This document shows, in pieces, positions 1 through 10,309 of a DNA stretch of 64,000 nucleotides (position 1 is its first letter; each line of letters begins with the position of its first letter). This DNA comes from Gemmatimonadaceae bacterium. GTDB taxonomy: Bacteria; Gemmatimonadota; Gemmatimonadetes; Gemmatimonadales; Gemmatimonadaceae. Under the pieces are notes generated by a model. The model worked only from the letters and a program-made list of their open reading frames with translations. It had not been told where the DNA came from and ran no database searches. The stretch is from NCBI GenBank assembly GCA_051859245.1, contig JBHYGA010000001.1, positions 96,001-160,000 on the forward strand, written 5' to 3'. The position numbers and the translations under genes were made by a program.

Positions 1-1425
1 GATGTGTACGTGGCCGATACACTGCGCGACGGCAGTGGCGGTCTGGCGCGCGTGGCGGCGTGGCGTGATTCGGTGGAGCAGGCGTCGGGGGAGAAGGTGT
101 TCCTGCTGTTCGCCGGCGATATGTTCTCACCGTCGCTGCTGAGCAAGTGGTTTCACGGACGACAGATGGTGGAAGCGTTCAACGCGGCACGGTTCGACTT
201 CGCCACGCTCGGCAATCACGAGTTTGATGTCGACCGCGCGCAGTTCACTTCCCGTGTGACGGAGTCAAAGTTTCAGTGGTTGTCGGCCAACTGTCGCTAC
301 GGCGATGGCGAGCCATTTCCCAACGTGCGCGGGTGGGACACTGTCACCGTGAACGGTACGCGCGTTGGTGTGTTCGGCACCACGATTGTAGCCGAGTATC
401 GGTCGTGGGTCCGCTGCACCGATCCAGATGCCGCGGCAACGCTCATGGTTGATTCACTGTCAGCGCTTGGCGTGGACCTGATCGTTGGGCTTACGCATCA
501 GCCGATCTGGCGGGACAGTGCCACGCTGGTTCGCGACCCGCGGATTTCATTGGTGCTGGGCGGTCATGAACATGATGGTCGCCGTGTCATGCACAACGGT
601 CGCCTCATGATCAAGGCGGCGTCGAACGCACGTACCGCGGCGTACGTGGAGGCGCGTCGCAGCGGCAACGCATGGACGCTGCGCGACACGATCATTCGTC
701 CGGCGCGCGCGTGGCGCGAGCAAGCGGCCACCGCCGCGGTGACTGCAGCGTGGCGCGACACGTTGGTACGCCGCATTGGTCGTGACCGGGTGCTCGGCGT
801 GGCGCCCGAGGCCATTGATGCCGTGGACAGCACATCACGTGGCGGAGAAAGCCGGTTCGGCAACCTGGTGGCCGATGCGTACCGGCTTGGAACCGGCGCG
901 GATGTCGGCATGATCAACTCCGGCGCGCTTCGGCTCGACGACATGCTCGGCCCGGGTCCGATCACGGCGCACGAGCTCGAGTCCGTGTTTTTGTTTGCCG
1001 ATGAAACGCGCGTGGTCACGTTCCCGCTCACGGGTGCCCGACTGCGTGAGTTGCTGGAGCACGGCGTATCAGCGCGACGGTTGGGCAGCGGGGCGTATCC
1101 GCAGCTCAGTGGCGTGTCTTTCACGTTCGACGCGCGGCTGGCCAGCGGCGCGCGCATTGTTAGCCCGATCACGCGGCCCGACGGTCGCACGATCGCAGAG
1201 GGCGATACTGTACGCATGTCGTTCGCATCGTATCCGGCGTGTCTCGGTGGTGACGGCTACGTGATCCCTGAGGCCAAGTCGGCGTGCGATGCACTCGAAC
1301 GCGATGTCACCACGGCCCCCCGTAGCGCCGAGCTGGTGATTCGTCACGTGGAAACGATGGGTGGTTCGATTGTGGCGCCGCCCGTTGGCAGGCTCAACCG
1401 CCTGGATCGTCCTCGCCGGCCCTGA
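1..1425 (+). CDS. Bifunctional metallophosphatase/5'-nucleotidase, 5'-truncated by window edge
   Basis: Motifs AGDMFSPS, LGNHEFD, GLTH, LGGHEH; C-terminal ESRFGNLVADA...NSGALR nucleotidase domain. Frame is open from position 1. Confidence 0.9.
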   Translation, partial: DVYVADTLRDGSGGLARVAAWRDSVEQASGEKVFLLFAGDMFSPSLLSKWFHGRQMVEAFNAARFDFATLGNHEFDVDRAQFTSRVTESKFQWLSANCRYGDGEPFPNVRGWDTVTVNGTRVGVFGTTIVAEYRSWVRCTDPDAAATLMVDSLSALGVDLIVGLTHQPIWRDSATLVRDPRISLVLGGHEHDGRRVMHNGRLMIKAASNARTAAYVEARRSGNAWTLRDTIIRPARAWREQAATAAVTAAWRDTLVRRIGRDRVLGVAPEAIDAVDSTSRGGESRFGNLVADAYRLGTGADVGMINSGALRLDDMLGPGPITAHELESVFLFADETRVVTFPLTGARLRELLEHGVSARRLGSGAYPQLSGVSFTFDARLASGARIVSPITRPDGRTIAEGDTVRMSFASYPACLGGDGYVIPEAKSACDALERDVTTAPRSAELVIRHVETMGGSIVAPPVGRLNRLDRPRRP

Positions 1426-1540
1426 TCGAGCGGTGTCCCCCCGATGGTTCGTGGTGCATTCCCCGGTTGTGTCAGTCGGGGGCGTGCCGTAGCGTCACGA
1501 AGGGCTGTATGCAGACTTCTCTCTCGCGCCGGAGTGCCTC

Positions 1541-2341
1541 GTGATCTCGCATGAACCCGTGACCGCCCGCGATGCCGATGCCATTGCGCACCTGCGCTTG
1601 GATGGCAAGGTCGCGATTGTGACCGGCGGTACACGCGGCATTGGATTCGCTGCGGCAACCACGCTGGCGCGCGCGGGGGCGCGCGTGATCATCGCCAGTC
1701 GCAAGCCGGAGCATGTGGCGTCGGCGGAACAGGCGCTGCGCCACGATGGACTCGACGTGACCGGCATTGTCGCCAACATGAGCCACATGGACGACGTGCG
1801 TGGACTCGCGGCGCGCACGGTCGAAGTATACGACGGCATTGATATCATTGTGAACAATGCGGCCACGAATCCCGTGTTTGGTCCGTTGCAAACACAAGGT
1901 GAGGAAGTGTTTGCAAAAATCATGGCGGTGAACGTGATGGGTGTGCTCGAGCTGTGCCGCTCGGCGCATTCGGTGATGCAATCGCGCGGTGGCGGTTCCA
2001 TTGTGAACATCGCGTCGATTGGCGGTGTGTCTCCGGAAGCAGGACTCGGCTTGTACTCCGTGAGTAAAGCGGCGCTCATCTCGCTCACCAAAGTGATGGC
2101 CATGGAATGGGGCGCCGATGGCATTCGCGCGAACGCGGTGTGCCCGGGGCTGATCAAGACGCGTTTCAGCAAAGCGCTCTGGGATGATCCGGCCATTGCG
2201 CACTCCATCATGGACAAACAGCCGATTGGTCGCATCGGTACGCCCGATGATATCGCGGGCTTGATTCTATTCCTCGCGAGCGGCGCGTCGGCGTATTGCA
2301 CCGGCGGCGTCTACATGGCCGAAGGCGGTTATCTGCTGTGA
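1541..2341 (+). CDS. Short-chain dehydrogenase/reductase (DHRS4-like)
   Basis: TGGTRGIG, NNA, YSVSK catalytic motif; GGAG upstream of GTG start. Confidence 0.92.
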   Translation: MISHEPVTARDADAIAHLRLDGKVAIVTGGTRGIGFAAATTLARAGARVIIASRKPEHVASAEQALRHDGLDVTGIVANMSHMDDVRGLAARTVEVYDGIDIIVNNAATNPVFGPLQTQGEEVFAKIMAVNVMGVLELCRSAHSVMQSRGGGSIVNIASIGGVSPEAGLGLYSVSKAALISLTKVMAMEWGADGIRANAVCPGLIKTRFSKALWDDPAIAHSIMDKQPIGRIGTPDDIAGLILFLASGASAYCTGGVYMAEGGYLL

Positions 2342-3522
2342 ATGATCATGAGGCGTTGCTCAACGAAGCACGCGCGTTCGTGCGCGACGAGTTGATTCCG
2401 CGTGAAGGCGAATTGTTGCGTGCTGATTGGGAAACGATTTCGCCGTTGCTTGCACGCCTTCGAGAACAGGCGCGCACACGCGGACTGTGGGCACCGTTTC
2501 TGTCGCCGTCGCACGGTGGGCAGGGATTGCCACTTGAGACATTTGCGCGGCTGTCTGAAGTGCTCGGCTGGACACCGTTTGGTCACTACGTGTGCAACTG
2601 TCAGGCGCCGGATGTGGGGAACATGGAGTTGCTGCATCAGTTCGGGTCCGCTGAGCAGCACGCCACGTGGTTGCAGCCTTTGGCGCACGGTGACATTCGC
2701 AGTTGTTTTGCGATGACGGAGCCCGACCTTGCGGGCAGCAATCCCACGCAGCTGGCGACTGTCGCGGTGCGTGACGGCGATGAGTATGTGATCAATGGGC
2801 ATAAGTGGTTCACATCGAGCGCCGACGGGGCCGCATTCGCCGTGGTGATGGCGGTGACGAATCCGGATGCCGAGCCACACGCACGTGCATCACAGATCAT
2901 TGTGCCGCTCCCAACGCCCGGATTTACGTTGGTGCGCAACATTTCGGTGATGGGTGAAAGTGGCGGCGGCTGGGCGAGTCACGCCGAGGTCACGTTCGAG
3001 AATGTGCGCGTTCCGATCACGAATCGGTTGGGTGCGGAAGGCGCGGGATTCGCGTTGGCGCAGGAGCGCCTGGGACCGGGCCGCATTCACCACTGCATGC
3101 GCTGGATTGGGGTGTGCGAGCGCGTGTTTGACCTCATGTGCCGGCGCGCGGTGTCGCGTGAGCTGTCCCCCGGTGAGCCGCTGGCCAACAAACAAGCGGT
3201 GCAGTTCTGGATTGCCGATTCACGGATCGAAATTCACGCGGCGCGCCTGATGGTACTCGATGCGGCGGCGCGCATTTCGCGCGATGGTCAGCGTGCGGCG
3301 CGCGCCGAGATTGCGTACATCAAGGTGTTCGTGGCCAACGTGTTGCAGCGTGTGCTCGACCGCGCGTTGCAGGCGCATGGTGCACTGGGCATGACGGATG
3401 ATACGCCGATCGCCTGGTGGTACCGGCACGAGCGTGCCGCTCGCATTTACGATGGGGCGGATGAGGTGCACAAGAGTGTGATTGCGCGTCGTGCGCTCGC
3501 GCCGTACCTGAGCACGTCGTGA
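2338..3522 (+). CDS. Acyl-CoA dehydrogenase (ACAD10/11, LvaC-like subfamily)
   Basis: NCQAPDVGNME, FAMTEP, NGHKWF, RLGPGRIHHCMR, RIYDGADEVH; GTGA overlap with SDR stop. Confidence 0.93.
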   Translation: MNDHEALLNEARAFVRDELIPREGELLRADWETISPLLARLREQARTRGLWAPFLSPSHGGQGLPLETFARLSEVLGWTPFGHYVCNCQAPDVGNMELLHQFGSAEQHATWLQPLAHGDIRSCFAMTEPDLAGSNPTQLATVAVRDGDEYVINGHKWFTSSADGAAFAVVMAVTNPDAEPHARASQIIVPLPTPGFTLVRNISVMGESGGGWASHAEVTFENVRVPITNRLGAEGAGFALAQERLGPGRIHHCMRWIGVCERVFDLMCRRAVSRELSPGEPLANKQAVQFWIADSRIEIHAARLMVLDAAARISRDGQRAARAEIAYIKVFVANVLQRVLDRALQAHGALGMTDDTPIAWWYRHERAARIYDGADEVHKSVIARRALAPYLSTS

Positions 3523-4613
3523 GTGACCGCGCGGGTGGACCGCACGACACAGTGCGTGTGCGGGCTGGTGAGGAGCTCGATGCGGCATCGTTAACGGTCT
3601 GGTTGCACGGCAACGCGCCGGATTTGCTTGGAGCGACAACGTTGCCGCTGCAGATCACGCAGTTCGGTGGCGGCTTCTCAAATCTCACGTATCTGGTGCA
3701 TGCCGGCGATCATCGGTTTGTCTTGCGACGGCCACCGCGTGGTGTTGCACGCGGTGTGGCGCATGATATGTCGCGCGAGTACCGCTTGCTGCGTGCCTTG
3801 CATCCCGTCGGCGTGCCAGTGCCGCGTGCGCTTGCGTTCTGCGACGATGATTCGGTGCTCGGCGCGCCGTTCTACATCATGGAGCACGTGGACGGTGTGA
3901 TCCTGCGACAGTCACCGCCCGATGGCGTGCTGTTTGATGCACACGTTGCGCGCAGACTGGCCGACTCCTTTGTCGCACGACTCGCAGCGCTGCATTCGCT
4001 CGATGTCTCTACTGGTGGACTGGCCGAGCTCGGTCGTGCGGAAGGCTACGTGTCTCGGCAAGTCGCCGGCTGGACCAAACGCTGGGTGGCCTCGCAAACG
4101 AGCGTGGTGCAGAACATGGATGCGGTGGCGCAGTGGCTCGCCGAGCATCAACCCGCGGAAGCTGGCGCTGCGCTGCTGCACAATGATTTCAAGTACGACA
4201 ATCTGGTCCTCGATCCGTCGGACCTCACGCAGATCCGCGCGATACTTGATTGGGAGATGGCCACCATTGGCTGTCCGCTCATGGATCTGGGTACGTCGCT
4301 CGCGTACTGGGTGCAAGCCAATGATCCGCCGTTATTGCGCGCGCTCGGCCTTGGCATCACGGCGTATCCGGGCAGTCCCACGCGAATGGAAATGCTGGAG
4401 CTGTACGAGCGCGCCACGGGGCGTGGTGTTGCACAGCCGGTGTTCTACTACGTGTATGGGCTGTTCAAGCTCGCCGTTGTTGCCCAGCAGATTTATGCGC
4501 GGCATGTACGGGGACTCACGAGTGATGCGCGGTTTGCACAGTTAGATAAAGCGGTGCAGCTGCTCTCGGATATCGCGGCACGCAGCATCAACTCGGCGTC
4601 GATCTCGCACTGA
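3519..4613 (+). CDS. APH-family phosphotransferase (ACAD10/11 kinase-like, LvaA-like)
   Basis: GGFSNLTY, LRRPP, AHDMSRE, HNDFKYDN, LDWEM; GTGA overlap with ACAD stop. Confidence 0.92.
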   Translation: MSDRAGGPHDTVRVRAGEELDAASLTVWLHGNAPDLLGATTLPLQITQFGGGFSNLTYLVHAGDHRFVLRRPPRGVARGVAHDMSREYRLLRALHPVGVPVPRALAFCDDDSVLGAPFYIMEHVDGVILRQSPPDGVLFDAHVARRLADSFVARLAALHSLDVSTGGLAELGRAEGYVSRQVAGWTKRWVASQTSVVQNMDAVAQWLAEHQPAEAGAALLHNDFKYDNLVLDPSDLTQIRAILDWEMATIGCPLMDLGTSLAYWVQANDPPLLRALGLGITAYPGSPTRMEMLELYERATGRGVAQPVFYYVYGLFKLAVVAQQIYARHVRGLTSDARFAQLDKAVQLLSDIAARSINSASISH

Positions 4614-4680
4614 GGTTGCGCGCGCGCTCGATCGTGCACGGCACCTGAGGGCGCTGTCGACGTGACGCAGCGCACACAAC

Positions 4681-4705
4681 GGAACGCGATCGATTTGGGG
4701 GCGTA
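4681..4705 (+). promoter_or_regulatory. Candidate ECF-sigma promoter (GGAAC-N16-CGTA) upstream of the CHRD gene
   Basis: GGAAC at 4681-4685 and CGTA at 4702-4705; short motif, could be chance. Confidence 0.3.
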
Positions 4706-4766
4706 CACTCATCGTCACGCGCAACGCTGCACATCGTGCGTGCTCCCCCCACTCTGGAGATCGCCA

Positions 4767-5318
4767 ATGATTCGATTCCGCAACGCACTGATTCCGTTTG
4801 TCGCGACGTCTGTATTCGCGCTCGCCGCATGCGGTGGCAACAAAGACAACGCCGATGATCTGCCGGCTGACGTGGTCGCGGCGGAAGATGCGGCCGCCAT
4901 TATGGAAACTGCGCCCGCCGAAACGTTTGTGGTGACGCTGAGCGGCGCGGCAGAACGTCCAACGCCGGTTGAGACCAAAGCGGAGGCGGAGGCAACGATT
5001 ATGGTGTACGCGGATAGCATTGCGTACGTGGTGAACGGACTGAATGTGATGGGCGTAACCGCGGTGCATGTGCACAAGGGCGGCGCGGAGGAAGCGGGTG
5101 ACGTTATGGCCACGCTCTATACCAGCGAGGCGGGCAATGATTTCGCGAGTGGCCCGATGGCGATGGGCACGATCACGCGCGAGACGCCACTGGCAGAAGG
5201 CGCAACATTCGACGCACTGCGCGAACTTGTGCGCACGGGTGCTGCATACATCAACGTACACACCAAGGCGAACCCCAAGGGTGAGCTGCGTGCGCAGACG
5301 GCAGGCAACGCGATGTAA
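4767..5318 (+). CDS. CHRD-domain lipoprotein
   Basis: Lipobox LAAC; LSGAAE, AVHVHKG, YINVHTKANPKGELRAQ. Start taken at ATG 4767 after GGAG. Confidence 0.88.
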   Translation: MIRFRNALIPFVATSVFALAACGGNKDNADDLPADVVAAEDAAAIMETAPAETFVVTLSGAAERPTPVETKAEAEATIMVYADSIAYVVNGLNVMGVTAVHVHKGGAEEAGDVMATLYTSEAGNDFASGPMAMGTITRETPLAEGATFDALRELVRTGAAYINVHTKANPKGELRAQTAGNAM

Positions 5319-5361
5319 GGACCCGCGTCACGTAACGGATCGTGACGCTGACAGCACATAG

Positions 5362-5402
5362 AAAACCGGGGCACCAACCACAGTGGTTGGTGCCCCGATT
5401 TG
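5362..5402. terminator. Bidirectional intrinsic terminator between convergent genes
   Basis: Stem CGGGGCACCAACCA / TGGTTGGTGCCCCG with A-run before and T-run after. Confidence 0.8.
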
Positions 5403-5427
5403 TGTCGTATGCGATCCAACGGCTGGA

Positions 5428-6591
5428 TCAGTACACCTCGAACAATCCAGCCGCACCCATGCCACCACCAATACACATGGTGACGAGACCAAGTCCGCCG
5501 CCACGTCGCTGCAGTTCGTGCACGAGTTGCGTGGTGAGCTTGGCGCCAGTTGCTCCGAGTGGGTGACCAAGCGCAATCGCGCCGCCGTTCACGTTGGTAA
5601 TCGACGGGTCCATGTTGAGATCCTTGATCACGGCGAGCGCCTGAGCGGCGAAGGCCTCGTTGAACTCAATCAGCTTCACGTCGCCAAGCGAAACGCCGGC
5701 ACGCGCCAGCGCCTTGGGTACGGCTTTGATCGGACCGATGCCCATGATGTCGGGCGATACGCCGGCCGTGGCAAACGTGATGAAACGTGCCAGTGGCTTG
5801 AGACCAAGTGCATCGGCTTTGGCGCGACTCATGAGCAATACCGCAGACGCACCATCGGAGAACGGCGACGCGTTGCCAGCCGTCACGGTGCCCTTCGCGG
5901 AAAACGCCGGACGCAGCGCCGACATTTGTTCACGCGTGGTATCCGGACGCGGACACTCATCTGTGTCGATCACGTGCTCCGTTACGGTTCGCTTTGCGCC
6001 GGACCACGCATCACGCGTGACGGTGATTGGCACGATCTCGGGGGAGAACACCTTGTTTGCCAGCGCCACGCCGGCCTTTTGCTGCGACGCGAAGGCAAAG
6101 TCATCGGCCATCTCGCGCGTAATGCCCCACTGTTTGGCGACACGCTCGGCCGTAAAGCCCATACCGATATAACTCTCAGTGATTTCGGGTGACAAGCGCG
6201 TGTGATAACCCGACATCGGCACCTGCGACATCATTTCGGTACCGCCGGCGAGAATCACGTCCGCGTGTCCGGCAATAATGGCCTGCGCGCCGTACGCCAC
6301 CGCCTGCAGCCCAGACGAACAGAAACGATTGATCGTGGCCGCCGATGTCTCCACGGGAAACCCGGCGCGCAACCAGGCGAGCCGTGCGTGGTTGAGCCCT
6401 TGTGAGGCTTCCGGCATGGCGCAGCCCCATTGCACGTCATCAACAAGGCCGGCATCAATGCCGGCGCGCTTGATGGCTTCGCGCATCACGGCGGCTGAGA
6501 GATCGACCGGATGAACGGACGCCAATGCGCCGTCCGCTTTGCCGCGTGCGACCGCGGATCGCACCGCGCTCACGATTACGACTTCAGTCAT
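5428..6591 (-). CDS. fadA: Acetyl-CoA C-acyltransferase (thiolase)
   Basis: NRFCSSG, NEAFA, GHPLGATG, MCIGGG; start taken at MTEVVIVS. Confidence 0.93.
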   Translation of the reverse strand: MTEVVIVSAVRSAVARGKADGALASVHPVDLSAAVMREAIKRAGIDAGLVDDVQWGCAMPEASQGLNHARLAWLRAGFPVETSAATINRFCSSGLQAVAYGAQAIIAGHADVILAGGTEMMSQVPMSGYHTRLSPEITESYIGMGFTAERVAKQWGITREMADDFAFASQQKAGVALANKVFSPEIVPITVTRDAWSGAKRTVTEHVIDTDECPRPDTTREQMSALRPAFSAKGTVTAGNASPFSDGASAVLLMSRAKADALGLKPLARFITFATAGVSPDIMGIGPIKAVPKALARAGVSLGDVKLIEFNEAFAAQALAVIKDLNMDPSITNVNGGAIALGHPLGATGAKLTTQLVHELQRRGGGLGLVTMCIGGGMGAAGLFEVY

Positions 6592-6613
6592 GGATTCTGT
6601 CTCCTCGTCGCAA

Positions 6614-8923
6614 TCAGTTACGAAGCGGTTTGCCCGTGGTGAGCATATGCTCAATCCGGGCCTGAGTTTCTTTGGTGCCGAGCAACATGAGGAACTGCTC
6701 GCGTTCAAGGTCGAGCAGATCCTGTTCGCTCACCTCACGCGGTGCGCCGTCGCCGCCGCACAGTACGTAGGCCACTGATCGGCCAACACGCAGATCGTGC
6801 GCACTCGCCTGACCGGCTTCGCCAGCGGCCCAGAGGGCGTACTGCAAGTTGCCAAAGCCCTCGCGTCCGAGTGCACGCATGCGCTTTTCTGCGGGTACCA
6901 CGTAGTCGGGCGCGAGGTCGAGCACGCGTTGACGCGCGTCGGAGAGCAACGTGTCGCGGTTCATGCTGATGCGATCACCCTCGCGCAAAAAGCCCATCGC
7001 GCGCGCTTCGGGAGCACTCGTGCTCGTGGCGGCAAACGCGATCAGTTTGAAGGCGCGTTTGATCGCTTCGAACGGATCGGCTTCATCATACGGCGCAAGC
7101 GCTTCGGTAAAGCGGAAGGCGAGTTCCTTGGTGCCACCACCGCCTGGAATCACACCCACACCAACTTCAACGAGCCCCATGTACGTTTCCGCCGCGGCCT
7201 GCACACGAGCGGCGTGCAACACGAACTCGCTGCCGCCACCCAGGGTGAGTCCGTGCGGCGCAACCACCACGGGGAACGGCGCACGCCGGATTGACATGAC
7301 GCTTTGCTGAAACGCGTTGATGCTGGCTTCGAGTTCATCCCACGCGCCGGCGGCAACACCAAAGGAAACAGCGGCCAGATCCGCACCCGCGCTGAACGTG
7401 CGCGCGTCGTCGTTTCCGATCACCAGTCCCACATAGCCACCGCGCTCCACTTTGCGCAGTGAGGCGGCCAGTCCTTCCATCAAACCCTGACCGAGTGAGT
7501 TCATCTTGGAGCGGAACTCAAAGCACAACACACCCTCGCCGATATCCACCAGTCGCGCTGATCCAAAATCTTCAATCGTGCGACCCGTTGCGTGTTGCAA
7601 TGCAAGATTGATGTTGCCTGGAATGCTCGGCAACGTCTCGTACACGCCGGCGTAGGTGAGATACTCGCCGTCTTTGTAGAACGCGCCGTTCGCCTTATCG
7701 AGCAGTGCGGGGACGCTGTCACCACGCGCTGTGAACTGTGCGCGCAACCAGTCGTGACCAAGCAGGTCCATCACCTGAAACGGCCCGAGCTCCCAGCCGT
7801 AGCCCCACTGCAGGGCCCGATCAATCGACACGAGATCGTGTGAAAGAGATTCTGCGAGTGTGAGCGTGTAGTGCGCCGCGTCGAGCAGATGATCACGCAG
7901 GAACGCACCATGTGCACTGCCGAGATCGCGTGCACCAGCCAGGCGCGCCGCGTGCGGCTGACGCGTGAGCGAACCCACGTCGCCGCCACTCATGCGATTG
8001 CCTTGCGCGTACGCCGCCGTCTTCCAATCGTAGGTGAGAATTCCGTCTTTTGTTTTCTGATAAAAACCGCTGCCGGTTTTGTCGCCGAGTTTTCCCTGCG
8101 CGATCAGCGCGTGCACCCACTCCGGCAGCGCGAGATCTTCACCGGTTTGCTGGCTCATGCCCTTGGTCACATGACCGAGCACATCGAGTCCACTCAGGTC
8201 GCCGGTACGGAATGTTGCCGACTTGGCGCGACCAACAAGCGCACCGGTGAGCCCGTCCACTTCGTCGATGGTGAGGTCGTGCTGCATCATGCGCCGCATC
8301 GTGCTGACCATGCCGTACACGCCGAGGCGATTCGCAATAAAGCCCGGCACGTCTTTCGCGATTACGGTGCCTTTGCCAAGAATTCGTTCGGCAAAGTTGC
8401 GCATCGCACCGATCACGGCTGGATCTGTTTCCGGAGTAGGAATCAGCTCCAGCAAATGCATGTAGCGCGGCGGATTGAAAAAGTGCGTGCCAAGAAAGCG
8501 GCGACGGAATTTTTCGGATCGGCCCTCGAGCAGCACGGACATTGGAATGCCGCTCGTGTTCGTGGTCACGATGGCCGATGACTTGAGCAGCGGTTCCAGG
8601 CGCGTAAACAGCTGCTGCTTGGGCTCGGGCAACTCGATGATCGCTTCCACGATCCAGTCGCACTCCGACAGCCACTCGAGATGATCTTCCGTATTGCCGC
8701 ATCGCACGCGCGCCGCGGCGCTGCTGTGCATGAATGCGGCCGGTTTGGCCTTGATGGCTTTTTGCAGTCCGGCTTTGGCCGGCCCGCTGCGATCGGGGAA
8801 CCCGCGTTCGGGGGAACCGGGCACGTCGAGCAAAACGACGCGGAGGCCGGCTGAGGCTGCGAGCGCAGCGATGCCGCTGCCCATCGCGCCGGCACCCACG
8901 ACACCGACGGTCGTGACGCGCAT
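6614..8923 (-). CDS. fadN: 3-hydroxyacyl-CoA dehydrogenase/enoyl-CoA hydratase (FadN architecture)
   Basis: GAGAMGSGIA, TNTSG, HFFNPPRY, GFIANR, C-terminal crotonase (FSAGAD, GGGSE), ends GKPLRN; start taken at MRVTTV. Confidence 0.92.
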   Translation of the reverse strand: MRVTTVGVVGAGAMGSGIAALAASAGLRVVLLDVPGSPERGFPDRSGPAKAGLQKAIKAKPAAFMHSSAAARVRCGNTEDHLEWLSECDWIVEAIIELPEPKQQLFTRLEPLLKSSAIVTTNTSGIPMSVLLEGRSEKFRRRFLGTHFFNPPRYMHLLELIPTPETDPAVIGAMRNFAERILGKGTVIAKDVPGFIANRLGVYGMVSTMRRMMQHDLTIDEVDGLTGALVGRAKSATFRTGDLSGLDVLGHVTKGMSQQTGEDLALPEWVHALIAQGKLGDKTGSGFYQKTKDGILTYDWKTAAYAQGNRMSGGDVGSLTRQPHAARLAGARDLGSAHGAFLRDHLLDAAHYTLTLAESLSHDLVSIDRALQWGYGWELGPFQVMDLLGHDWLRAQFTARGDSVPALLDKANGAFYKDGEYLTYAGVYETLPSIPGNINLALQHATGRTIEDFGSARLVDIGEGVLCFEFRSKMNSLGQGLMEGLAASLRKVERGGYVGLVIGNDDARTFSAGADLAAVSFGVAAGAWDELEASINAFQQSVMSIRRAPFPVVVAPHGLTLGGGSEFVLHAARVQAAAETYMGLVEVGVGVIPGGGGTKELAFRFTEALAPYDEADPFEAIKRAFKLIAFAATSTSAPEARAMGFLREGDRISMNRDTLLSDARQRVLDLAPDYVVPAEKRMRALGREGFGNLQYALWAAGEAGQASAHDLRVGRSVAYVLCGGDGAPREVSEQDLLDLEREQFLMLLGTKETQARIEHMLTTGKPLRN

Positions 8924-9084
8924 GAACACTCCGGAAGGCGCGCGGTGTGTCGGGGTGGGCCGGACAGTCAGAGGGACCGCACCACGGCGCACACCCGTTC
9001 CGCCGCGCGAAAGGGGGATCCTGAAATGTTCAGTACGGGCGGGCCAACCGGAAGGGGGATTGGCCCACAAATATGACGGTTACG

Positions 9085-9645
9085 TCACGTTTGATGCGTG
9101 GACAGCTTCTGCCAGAAGAGCTTGCGCGCCTTGGCCACCTTGGGCGCCACCACGCCCATGCAGTACGGCTTGCTCGGATTGCGGCTGAAGTAGTCCTGAT
9201 GCTCCGGCTCGGCCGGCCAGAACGTGGGGGCCGGCGTAACTTCGGTGACGATCGGGTCGGGCCACATGGCCTGCGCGGTCAGATCCGCGATCACGGCGCG
9301 CGCAGTGTCTTCCTGTGCCGCGTCATGCGTGAAGATCACCGAACGATACTGCGTGCCCACGTCGTAGCCCTGTCGATCGAGCGTCGTGGGATCGTGAATC
9401 ACAAAAAAGATGTCGAGCAGATCGCCGTAGCTGATCACGTTGGGATCGAAGGTGACCTGCACCACTTCGGCGTGTCCCGTCACGCCCAGGCAGACCAGTT
9501 CATACGTTGGGTTTTTTCCGGCTCCGCCTGCGTAGCCGGACACAACGGACGCCACGCCACGCAGTTCGCGATACACCGCGTCAAGACACCAGAAACAGCC
9601 GCCGCCAAGTGTGGCGACGGCAAGCGAGGGAGCAGATTCAGTCAT
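9085..9645 (-). CDS. msrA: Peptide-methionine (S)-S-oxide reductase
   Basis: GGCFWC, TGHAEVV, HDPTT, GTQYRS, AEPEHQDY. Confidence 0.96.
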   Translation of the reverse strand: MTESAPSLAVATLGGGCFWCLDAVYRELRGVASVVSGYAGGAGKNPTYELVCLGVTGHAEVVQVTFDPNVISYGDLLDIFFVIHDPTTLDRQGYDVGTQYRSVIFTHDAAQEDTARAVIADLTAQAMWPDPIVTEVTPAPTFWPAEPEHQDYFSRNPSKPYCMGVVAPKVAKARKLFWQKLSTHQT

Positions 9646-9663
9646 AATGGCGAAGCGTGTAGG

Positions 9664-10302
9664 TCAGGCCTGCAGAGCTGGATGATACCCGCGAGTGTCG
9701 TCGTAGTGCGCCTTGATGCGCGCGATATCAACCGAGGGTTCGACGTCCTCTTGCACCGTGAGTGTCGGGCCAAATCGTACTTGTTTGGTTCCCCAGTCAA
9801 TCGCGGCACACACGATGGGAACGTTGGCGGTGCGCGCGATGTGCCAGAAGCCGGAGCGCCACTTGTCCACCTTGAATCGTGTGCCTTCCGGAGCAAGCAC
9901 GAGCACGAGTTGTGCACGCCGGCTGAACTCGTGCGCCGTGCGGTCGACCACTGCGTTCGCCGTCTTTCGGTTCACAGGAATGCCGCCGATCGCTCGCATG
10001 AACCAGCCGAGCGGTGGTTTGAAGAGCGTGTCTTTCCCGAGAAACTTGACGCGAAACCCAAGGGCCCACTTGGCGGCGAGCCCCACCGGAAAATCCCAGT
10101 TGGACGTGTGTGGTGCCACGATCACCACGAACTGGGGCAGATCGGGAATGCTGCCGGTAATTCTCCACCCTGCCAATCGCAGTGCCCAATGTCCCACGAA
10201 CTTGAACACGCGGCCACGATGTTGCGGCACCGCCGGTCCGAGGATGGGCGTGGCCAATGTGGCGCTGGTACCGCTGGCGAGAGTTGGTGTCATGCGGTTC
10301 AT
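9664..10302 (-). CDS. 1-acyl-sn-glycerol-3-phosphate/lysophospholipid acyltransferase family protein
   Basis: PHTSNWD (HxxxxD) and APEGTR motifs; start at 10302 or 10293. Confidence 0.9.
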   Translation of the reverse strand: MNRMTPTLASGTSATLATPILGPAVPQHRGRVFKFVGHWALRLAGWRITGSIPDLPQFVVIVAPHTSNWDFPVGLAAKWALGFRVKFLGKDTLFKPPLGWFMRAIGGIPVNRKTANAVVDRTAHEFSRRAQLVLVLAPEGTRFKVDKWRSGFWHIARTANVPIVCAAIDWGTKQVRFGPTLTVQEDVEPSVDIARIKAHYDDTRGYHPALQA

Positions 10303-10309
10303 TTGAGCT

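Noticed and set aside
3519..4613. APH-family gene as aminoglycoside resistance
   Set aside because: Motifs and coupling to an ACAD indicate the ACAD10/11 kinase-like subfamily.
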